Source: Flectonema sp. DT1601
Lineage: Eukaryota
Reading direction: 5' to 3'
DNA: 64,000 nucleotides
Assembly: GCA_964019425.1 (NCBI GenBank)
Contig: OZ025781.1
Location: 1,240,001-1,304,000 of the forward strand
Position 1 is the stretch's first letter. Each line of letters starts with the position of its first letter. The notes under the pieces were generated by a model that was not told the origin of the DNA, ran no database searches, and saw only the letters and a program-made list of their open reading frames with translations. The position numbers and the translations under genes are program-made. This document shows positions 10,930 through 20,299 of this stretch, one piece after another.

Positions 10930-11222
10930 ACTTTTGCAAACACTTCTCATAACATAAAGAGAAAGTTGTACTTGCCTCCACCATTAAAGACTTTTTTGAA
11001 ATCAGGAGAAGAAAAGGCCACAGCAAGACAACTGTGTGACAGTGGGGAATTAGCTCTTGCTAAAGACTGGGTGATGTTTGATGACTTGGGAGAGAAGCAT
11101 CTGATTATGCCAACTGAGGTCACTCATTTAAGACCGGATATATTTCTATATTCTCTCAATGCCAAATGAGCCATAATCCTGGAGCTGATCTGTCCTAATG
11201 AAGACAGGTTTGAAATTTCCTA
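10930..11222 (+). pseudogene. Decayed RLE endonuclease fragment of a HERO-like retrotransposon
   Basis: LPPPLKTFLKSGE...GELALAKDWVMFDDLGE...LRPDIFLYSLNAK*AIILELICPNEDRFE aligns with 55600-55870; internal stop. Confidence 0.85.
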
Positions 11223-11225
11223 TGT

Positions 11226-11850
11226 GTGACTTGTGCGGCCAAAACAGCCACAATAAACACAACAAAACAGGTTTGCACCTTTGCCTCTTTATTTCTTTCT
11301 CGCCGCGCCAACGAAGACATCGACATCGATCGCTGCTCTGCAGATGTCCGGCGGGTGTTTGTCTACACTGTGTTAATTGTTTTTTTTTATCCCAAGATAG
11401 ATAGATAGATAAGGAAGTCCAATACATTGCGTACTGTGCATCGCTGATACAGCAAACTAGGGAGCATCGGGTTAACTCCCTAGAGCTACGAGGCAACAGC
11501 AACGTAATTAGACCCAATCTTATTAGGATTGTTTTATTATAGCTTCGGCTGACGGGGCATAATGAACACAGTATGCCTATTGTCAGCTTTCCACCTTGTC
11601 CGATTGTTGTTCAACCTTGGGAAGAGAAGTAAAAAAATTCCATCAATGTTGGCCTTCCTGTTCGAAGGTGCGCACCAATGACGATAAATAGAGTGGGGGG
11701 AGAAAACCTTTGATCCAACTGGATCCCTTCACGAGCTGACATTGCCATGTGAAGTTAAATATTCTGGCGATGCCAGCTCAGGCGACTTAGCCTGCTTTTT
11801 TCTTTAAATAAAAAAAATAAAAAGATACCAACAGGTGGGGTGATGGGTTC
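11226..11850 (-). mobile_element. Older partial copy of non-coding family E with an internal unrelated segment
   Basis: 11300-11380 and 11615-11850 are reverse complements of parts of 16900-17230. Confidence 0.75.
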
Positions 11851-11953
11851 CGACAGTTCCGACGCAGAATGGTAGTCACCACCACGGGCACCAAACAAAG
11901 CTAGTGAGAGAGTTCTTCCTTCTCCTCTCCCACAGGCTGATTCGTAAAGCTTT

Positions 11954-12265
11954 GTCTTAAAAAAGAGTTTTAACAAGAACAAAAAAAAGATATGCTCTGT
12001 TTGCAGGTCTTAAAAGCAAAGTTTAAACGAGAACAAGAAAAGATATGTTCTTCTCGTGCGACTAGCGGAAGACCATGTATCGAAGCAGAGTTTAAACAAG
12101 AACAAAAAAAAGGATATGTTCTTTTCGCTGTCTTAAAGCAGTGTTTAAACGAGAACAAGAAAAGATATGTTCTGTTCGTGCGATGTTTTGCGGAAGACCG
12201 TGTCTCAGTGTAGTTTTAACGAAGAACAAAAGAAAAGATTTGTTCTGTTTGCGCGTTCACCAGCG
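11954..12265. repeat. Five-copy ~50-70-bp tandem repeat with AGAACA/TGTTCT hairpins
   Basis: GTTT(A/T)AAC(A/G)AGAACAA(A/G)AAAAGATATGTTCT repeated, alternating short and long units. Confidence 0.8.
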
Positions 12266-12900
12266 GTCCAGTCTCCAGAAAAGATGAGAAGGACGTATGA
12301 GCTGGAGGAATAAGTAACTTTTTGACAAAAGCAAAGTACTCTCGAAGACAACTCGAATCAGAATGCAGGTGGGGAAAATTTCAACTCCCTCTTCAGCAGA
12401 GCAAGGTTTCCACAGCAACAACAATTATCCGCGCCTTCAATGTCCGTTTGTGACTGCTGGCTGACTCAAAGCGTTCGTAGACCGAAGATAGATGAGCTTT
12501 TTTTTTTTTTTTTTTTTTTCCTACCTCGCCGATGTACTAGAGCTTACTGAAGGACCCGCGTTTATCTCCTCCTCTGCAAGTATGCCTATGCAAAATCTAA
12601 TTTCTTTTTTTTTTTTTTTTTTCTTCCTCTTTCTTCCTTAGTATTTTCTAAATAAACAACGACAAGTAATACCAAATTTCTTCTAAATAAATATGACCTA
12701 ATTAATATATGAGAACGTGCCAAAAGTAGGGTACAATTTTGGGCCACGGGTATCTGACGGTCCCTAAGTGTGAATCCGACCACTTTTCACAAGATATTTT
12801 ATACTCAAAAAATGCAATTCCGTGTCTGGGAAGTGATTTTACTCACCGCTAGTTTCAAAATTCCATATTTTCCCTAAGAGCTTACCTGTAGTATAAGAGG

Positions 12901-14816
12901 GAGTTGAATTTCCAGGTGAGATTTGGACTGTTAGCTTTTGGCTAAGGCCCTCCCTGAAGAGCAAGAACAAAAAAACTACTCACACCTGAAGAAAACATAC
13001 ACAAAGAACACACTGTAAGCTGTGTGTGTATTTTGTGTTTGTCACAACAGGAGAGAAAAGAAAGAATGTCAAGGTTGGTCACCTTGCCTATCAACGCACA
13101 ACATTGGTGGTCTCTACTAGACCCTGAGTGATCCCACTGGATCTCTCATCGTTCATAGTACCTATGTGAAGTTATAAAATCAAAGGTAAACTATGAACTA
13201 CAAATGACTTAGCCTGTTATTATAATGCCACAGGCAGGCCCTGCATTCAGCAACTATCCAGCAGTGCTAGGATGTCCTGATCTTCTTCTAAAAAAAAGAA
13301 AGAAAAACAAAACTGTAGCTGGGATCACTCAGGATCAACAGACTACCAATGCTACCTGTTGTACTTGCTCACTATGGGGGGTGATGCCAAACACCCAGAA
13401 GTACTTAACTGCTTTCCTTCTTGCTGCCCAGGAGTTTCTGACCAGAACTAATAGAAAATAAAAAGTAGATGGGAAACAATAAAAAGTAAAATGGATATAA
13501 CTGAAGTTAAACAAGACAAATGAAGAAACAGACCAGAACAGAAAGAGAATAAAAAGAAAAGATATAGGCAAGAGTGATTGTAATAGAAGATTACAAATAA
13601 AAAAATGCAAGTATCAACACATGATCAAGATACACCAGCAGCTAACAAACAACATAAAATTGAAGATCAGTTGCCAGAGTATTTCAACCATGGTAGAATA
13701 CTCGCCCCTCTGGCAGGGATTATCCCAGACTTGTCCTTTAATTTAGTTGGACACCATGGCTTACAACCCTTCCAGAGGGAAGCACCATTATGACTTCTAT
13801 TTTTTTTCTTCAAGAAAATCATAAGGTGGGAACAAAGAAAAATGCTAAGAGGAACCCCCTATTAACACCTAAGACATCTAAACTGCAGCCCAGCCTATGC
13901 CCAATGCACTAACAGGTCATTCCCTCACACTCAGATCAAAAAATCAAAGTTCAGAGTGCATCTTAGCGTGAATGAGAGAATTTCCTCCCGCTTTTTTTGA
14001 ACAAAAGGGATAGGAGAAGGGATAGAAAACGAACATAAAAATAAAATTCTAAGTGAGAAACACTTAGCAGAAATACTTAGCAGCTTTTAAGGAGCTGAAA
14101 AGCAAAAAAAAAATCTAAGTGAGAAACACTTAGTAGTAACACTTTGTAGCTAATTGATCTGAAAATAAAAAAATAAAAAATTTCTAAGTGAGAGATACTT
14201 AGCAACTTTTAGAACAAATAATTAAGTAAATAACCTGTTGAAATGGTAGTTAATGTAACCATTACAGGTTTGATGCCAAAACTGACAAAGAATGAGTTAA
14301 GTTACCAGGTGAGATTTGGACTGTTAGCTTTTGGCTAAGGCCCTCCCTGAAGAGCAAGAACAAAAAAACTACTCACACCTGAAGAAAACATACACAAAGA
14401 ACACACTGTAAGCTGTGTGTGTATTTTGTGTTTGTCACAACAGGAGAGAAAAGAAAGAACGTCAAGGTTGGTCACCTTGCCTATCAACGCACAACATTGG
14501 TGGTCTCTACTAGACCCTGAGTGATCCCACTGGATCTCTCATCGTTCATAGTACCTATGTGAAGTTATAAAATCAAAGGTAAACTATGAACTACAAATGA
14601 CTTAGCCTGTTATTATAATGCCACAGGCAGGCCCTGCATTCAGCAACTATCCAGCAGTGCTAGGATGTCCTGATCTTCTTCTAAAAAAAAGAAAGAAAAA
14701 CAAAACTGTAGCTGGGATCACTCAGGATCAACAGACTACCAATGCTACCTGTTGTACTTGCTCACTATGGGGGGTGATGCCAAACACCCAGAAGTACTTA
14801 ACTGCTTTCCTTCTTG
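12901..14816 (-). mobile_element. Non-coding family A, ~1.4 tandem units (period 1393)
   Basis: Fixed end GAGTTGAATTTCCAGGTGAG at 12901; second unit begins 14294. Strand inferred from G-U-dependent hairpin. Confidence 0.9.
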
Positions 14817-15800
14817 GGAGACTCACCCGACACAATGGGGTACGCACAATGGGGCCCCCGGGCTCCCTGACCTCGTTCACGGACGCGGGCGTACGCCCGG
14901 AGCGAGACGGACAAGGTGTGGCAGGAGTAGAGTTGGTGTCAAAACACATGCATATGGCAATCAGAGTTTTCTTTTTAGAGAGGGATAAACATTGTTGAAC
15001 AAGTCAGTGGCCACTAGTCGGAACCGGATAGTTCGCAGGAACGTCAGCATGCATCTCGCGTCGGCTGGCGTAGGTGTCCGTTGTCCAACAACGGGTGTCC
15101 TTTATCACAGATAAAAGACTCCCGTTGCCGAGTCTCCTTGAACACGGCGTTGACGCATTCCGACGCTGGAGGTGTAGGTGTTGCATCTGGGGACACCCGA
15201 AGGCCAGTAAGTGTCTGACCACCTTTCAAGGTTTGACTTAAGCAGATAACGATGGGCACGTTTTCCGTACTTGTCCTTTATCCCTTGAAGGCACGTCTCG
15301 GCCTCTGTTTCGATGCTTAGCTTGCTAATCTTCCACACTAACAACGTCGCATCAACCTTCGGTATCTTCGTCTGGCTGGCCACGTTGCCAACCAAGTGCT
15401 GCACGCACAAAGCATGGTGCAACACGACTCCGTGCAGGGAGGTGTCGGACTCCAGCCCCTTCTGCCTGTCGGAAATCAAGACGAACCTTTTCAGTCGGTC
15501 GCCAAAATGGTTCTTCAGGTGGGTGTGGTGGTATGCCCATCCCTCGTGGTTTTCGACCACTCCAACCGAGTAGGCTAAAGGCATAACATGCCTTTCGGCG
15601 TCGATCCCCACGGTGATGAACAAGCACCCACCAAACGGACCCGTCAGACTGCATGCATCGCTGCAGATGACAGGTGCCAGGTGCTCAGCTGTTTCTGGCC
15701 TCACAAAAGACCAAAACACCCTCTCAAAGGCACCATCATCTCTCTTCTCGATGTTCCAGTACATCTGGCTGTTGCGCTGTTGGAGGTCGGTGAGGTACGG
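14817..15800 (-). pseudogene. MULE (Mutator-like) transposase fragment
   Basis: RVFWSF...PVICSDAC...LFITVGIDAERHVMPLAY...FVLISDRQKGL...HALCVQHLVGNV; frameshift before ASECVNAVFK; truncated both sides. Confidence 0.88.
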
Positions 15801-15802
15801 TT

Positions 15803-16140
15803 TTCCGTTTTTTTTCTTTAAAAAATAAATAAAAAGAATTTAAAAAAAAAAAAAAGAATAAACAATGTTATCATTGTTTTTTTATCGATCGACTATGTCG
15901 ATCACTTTCTATTTTCCGTCCTGGTCAAGACGCTAAACTGATTGTTTTTTTTTTTCAAAATTAATAAAAAAAAAAAAAAAAAAAATAAAAAAAATAAAAA
16001 AAAAAGAATAAACAATGTTATCATTGTTTTTTTTCTATCGATCAACTATGTCGATTAATTTCTATTTTCCGTCCTGATCGAGACGCTAAACTGATTGTTT
16101 CCTTTTTTTAAATAATAAATAAGAAAAAAAAAAGAAAAAA
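15803..16140 (+). repeat. Short array of satellite B units (family C)
   Basis: AACAATGTTATCATTGTT...TCGATCGACTATGTCGATC...CGTCCTGGTCAAGACGCTAAACTGATTG. Confidence 0.9.
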
Positions 16141-16150
16141 AAAGAGGGCT

Positions 16151-16501
16151 GAGTTGAATTTCCAGGTGAGATTTGGACTGTTAGCTTTTGGCTAAGGCCC
16201 TCCCTGAAGAGCAAGAACAAAAAAACTACTCACACCTGAAGAAAACATACACAAAGAACACACTGTAAGCTGTGTGTGTATTTTGTGTTTGTCACAACAG
16301 GAGAGAAAAGAAAGAATGTCAAGGTTGGTCACCTTGCCTATCAACGCACAACATTGGTGGTCTCTACTAGACCCTGAGTGATCCCACTGGATCTCTCATC
16401 GTTCATAGTACCCTGTGTGAAGTTATAAAATCAAAGGTAAACTATGAACTACAAATGACTTAGCCTGTTATTATAATGCCACAGGCAGGCCCTGCATTCA
16501 G
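16151..16501 (-). mobile_element. Family A, truncated copy
   Basis: Same fixed end; stops at CTGCATTCAG then joins a satellite fragment. Confidence 0.9.
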
Positions 16502-16532
16502 AAATAGAAAGTGATCGACATAGTCGATCGAT

Positions 16533-16730
16533 TTACATGAGCATCGGCTCGAACGGCTCTGGCGAAGCGAGTGAACGAGTCTGATTGCTGAGTATTGTAT
16601 TCTGTTTTCTTGTTCTTTTTTTAATTTATTTCAAACAGGGCAACAGGGGGAAAGTTTGGTTTGTATCCCCTGGGTGTTTAGCGTCACCTGTTGAGGTGTA
16701 ATGTATTCTGTTTACTTCTATCCCTTTGTT
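16533..16730 (+). repeat. Non-coding module F (second copy 20105-20300)
   Basis: Near-identical ~200-bp duplicate beginning TTTACATGAGCATCGGCTCGAAC. Confidence 0.85.
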
Positions 16731-16750
16731 TTTTTTTTTTTTTTTTTTTT

Positions 16751-17308
16751 TTTCAAACAGGACAGCAGGGGGAAAGTTTGTTTCGTACCCCCCGGGTGCT
16801 TAGCGTCACCCTCCATGCGATGCTTGCGCAGGGAGAGCCAAGGGTCGAGAACCCTGGAGATTACCTTTGTTTCTTTTTGTGACTGGATTGCAGTGGCGCA
16901 ACCCATCACCCCACCTGTTGGTATCTTTTTATTTTTTTTATTTAAAGAAAAAAGCAGGCTAAGTCGCCTGAGCTGGCATCGCCAGAATATTTAACTTCAC
17001 ATGGCAATGTCAGCTCGTGAAGGGATCCAGTTGGATCAAAGGTTTTCTCCCCCCCCACTCTATTTATCGTCATTGGTGCGCACCTTCGAACAGGAAGGCC
17101 AACACTGACGGAATTTTTTACTTCTCTTCCCAGGGTTGAACCTTGGGAAAAAAACAAACAATAAACACAGTGTAGACAAACACCCGCCGGACATCTGCAG
17201 AGCAGCGATCGATGTCGATGTCTTCGTTGTCGAACTTCCTGGCGTTTATGTTTTTGTTTTTAACAACAACACAACACCAACTAACAGGTTTGTCTCATTG
17301 CCCGTTCT
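16751..17308 (+). mobile_element. Non-coding family E, partial copy
   Basis: Essentially identical to 19043-19600. Confidence 0.85.
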
Positions 17309-18732
17309 ACACTTTTTGCACTTCCTTTGGACGTAGTCACATTCTGATCGAAAGCCCTGAGTAGAACCCTTGGAAGAGTTACCATCAGTTTTGAGTTGAT
17401 TTGTTTGCGTCAAAAAAAACTCAATTTGTCGAGTCTCATTGTGCAACTTGAAATGCATAGTTATACCCAAACTGTACTTCTCCTGCTGCTAATAATGTGA
17501 TGATGACTCTTGTGGTAAGGAGTCTTCTCCTTAGGTACCTGTGGCAAGGTACTGAAGGAGAAGACTCCTTATAATCAAGTTTTATAATTAAATCATCTCC
17601 GTATCAGAAGTGTTTTCTGAATAGACTGCATTCTGTCTCTTAAACTCTTCTACATGATAATGAACCTCAACAAGTCTGTTGTATCATTATAATGAGATGG
17701 CAGCTGGTCGTACACCAGCTGCTATGGCTGGTACGCCCCCCTTACTGGACACTATTGTCAGCACACTGGCATGTGCAGCATTCCAAACGGTTAATGAACA
17801 GTTACTGAGTAACCATTCTGTCACTCAACACTTGCTAAGTAGTTTTGACAGTTTCTTTCTAATTGTCTGTCCACACGGCAGTAGGAGCAGACATCAGTTC
17901 ACAGCGCAAGGTGATGATATTCATTCCCACGCATACGATGGTATGTAGATTCTGATATCAGATTTCGAATACTGCTGACTTTATAGATAGATTTAAATGT
18001 CCCCCAAGGACACCCTGCAACGTAACAGTGTCACCTCGTTGACTTTTCGATACCATTGAAGTCGGGCGAGGCTGCCTTGAGCTCGTTCTCACTTGACTGC
18101 ACAACTTCAGGAAGATCTTCATTGGTTCTTATACTTATGGGCACGTGGATTCTAGCATCCCAGGCCTTTCTGCCTATTTTTAGCCCAGCTTCCTCTAGAA
18201 AGCTTAACTTCCATCCTATTCTTCTAGACACTTCTCGCCTGTCACCCGTTTCCATGCTCACAATTGTTTCATTTACTACTGAAAGGACAATTGACACCAT
18301 TCCACAGCACTGCTATTCCCACAACCCTCACGGGGCATAGCAGTAACATCACCACCCCCAGAAAGGCATTCTAGCAGTTTTGCATGTTTACCTTCCAAGG
18401 TTTTTGAACTCCCATTGGACTCTTTCCTGTCACTCCACTTCGGAGGGTCTCCCATCTTGTCAATCAGTAATTGCAGTTGCTCAATTATCGCTTTTGTGGT
18501 CATATTTTGCTTTTGTTATGCTTGGGGCTCTTTGTAACAGCTTTGTTACTGGCTACAAGCAAAAAATGCAGGAATTTTTTTTTTTTTTACAAGTATTACG
18601 AGTAAATTGAGATCCCACACCCGGAATTGAATTTTTTGGGGCATGTTTCAGACGGTGTTGGGTCTCGATTGAGTTGTACATGCCCGCAGTTTACCGTTGA
18701 CCAAAACGGTACCAGACTTTTGACATCCACTC

Positions 18733-18739
<7 letters not shown>

Positions 18740-18765
<26 letters not shown>

Positions 18766-19024
18766 ATGTTTGATTATTTCCTCTTCTTTTTTTTTTTTTT
18801 TTTTTTCTTTTCTTTTTTTTTTTTTTTTTTTTTCTCTGCCTCTCTCTTAATTCTGTTCGTTTCTTTGAAACGAAAATTCATTTGAATATTATTCCTTGGT
18901 CAGCAACCATCATTGTCGCCCTTTGGGCCTGTAAAAAAAAATAAAAATAAAAAGAAAGTTTACATCGGGAATAGGGCAGGAGCCAAAAGCTCCCAGTCCG
19001 TTACTTCCCACTTTATCGAAATTC
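18740..19024 (+). mobile_element. Family C, 3'-terminal fragment
   Basis: Ends ...CAGTCCGTTACTTCCCACTTTATCGAAATTC like the other C copies. Confidence 0.88.
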
Positions 19025-19042
19025 TTTTTTTTTTTTTTTTTT

Positions 19043-19812
19043 TTCAAACAGGACAGCAGGGGGAAAGTTTGTTTCGTACCCCCCGGGTGCTTAGCGTCAC
19101 CCTCCATGCGATGCTTGCGCAGGGAGAGCCAAGGGTCGAGAACCCTGGAGATTACCTTTGTTTCTTTTTGTGACTGGATTGCAGTGGCGCAACCCATCAC
19201 CCCACCTGTTGGTATCTTTTTATTTTTTTTATTTAAAGAAAAAAGCAGGCTAAGTCGCCTGAGCTGGCATCGCCAGAATATTTAACTTCACATGGCAATG
19301 TCAGCTCGTGAAGGGATCCAGTTGGATCAAAGGTTTTCTCCCCCCCCACTCTATTTATCGTCATTGGTGCGCACCTTCGAACAGGAAGGCCAACACTGAC
19401 GGAATTTTTTACTTCTCTTCCCAGGGTTGAACCTTGGGAAAAAAACAAACAATAAACACAGTGTAGACAAACACCCGCCGGACATCTGCAGAGCAGCGAT
19501 CGATGTCGATGTCTTCGTTGTCGAACTTCCTGGCGTTTATGTTTTTGTTTTTAACAACAACACAACACCAACTAACAGGTTTGTCTCATTGCCCGTTCTT
19601 TCTTGTTTCCCTTTGCCGCCGGAAGAACGAAGGTCGACGGAGGTCCGAAGCATTGCTTGCGATGATGTTCCGGTATGTGTTGCGTCTCTGTTATTTGTTT
19701 GTTTCAACTCAATTGGTTCATCTCAGGTTTTAGAAGTCTTCGTCCTGTTCGTTGGGAAGGGCCTGAATCAAAAGTTCACTGCCCCTATTCCTCTCCCAAA
19801 TTTCTTATTCAG
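19043..19812 (+). mobile_element. Non-coding family E including terminal hairpin
   Basis: Patchy homology to family A (TAACTTCACA, GATCCAGT-GGATCA, GGGTGYTTRGCRTCACC); ends with GGGCCTGAATCAAAAGTTCACTGCCC...ATTCAGC. Confidence 0.8.
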
Positions 19813-20299
19813 CTTGCCACATGACTGTGTGACATTATTGCTACATTGTAGCTCCCCTACAAAAACCTTATTTTTTGCAGTTGTCTTTTGGTTGTAGCAA
19901 CTTTTATTTTATGCTTTTCTAATGTCCCAAAGTTGGTTTATTTTACTTTTTTTTTCTGCAAGGGAACAGTCCAAAGCATAAGTCCGAACAGCCCTAAGGC
20001 CAGTGAACGCACTGATTGTTAGGTATTGTATTCCAGTGAAAGTTTGGTTTGTATACTTTATTTTTATTTTATTTTATTTAATTTGTTAAAAGAAAACAGG
20101 TAACTTTACATGAGCATCGGCTCGAACGGCTCTGGCGAAGCGAGTGAACGAGTCTGATTGCTGAGTATTGTATTCTGTTTTCTTGTTCTTTTTTTAATTT
20201 ATTTCAAACAGGGCAACAGGGGGAAAGTTTGGTTTGTATCCCCTGGGTGTTTAGCGTCACCTGTTGAGGTGTAATGTATTCTGTTTACTTCTATCCCTT

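Larger units (their letters stand above)
12711..18732 (-). mobile_element. Putative decayed DNA transposon (Sola-like ends) hosting nested insertions
   Basis: Left GAGAACGTGCCAAAAGTAGGGTACAATTTTGGGCCACGG vs right (rc) GAGTGGATGTCAAAAGTCTGGTACCGTTTTGGTCAACGG align ungapped at ~70%. Both are flanked by ATAT. Broken minus-strand coding remnants at ~17400-18500 include TDVCSYC. Confidence 0.4.

Noticed and set aside
12373..12913. Inverted match TTCAACTCCCTCTT to the A junction at 12895-12908
   Set aside because: Only 14 exact bases, overlapping another element's end, no TSD; may be chance.
12950..13000. CTGAAGAG/CTGAAGAA in family A as hammerhead cores
   Set aside because: No stem II closed by GAAA and no stem III/NUH; on the opposite strand to the inferred RNA.
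13225..13793. Recurrent ORFs MPQAGPAF... and MQVSTH... in family A
   Set aside because: Short, no recognisable domain, on the strand opposite the inferred RNA; they recur only because the repeat does.
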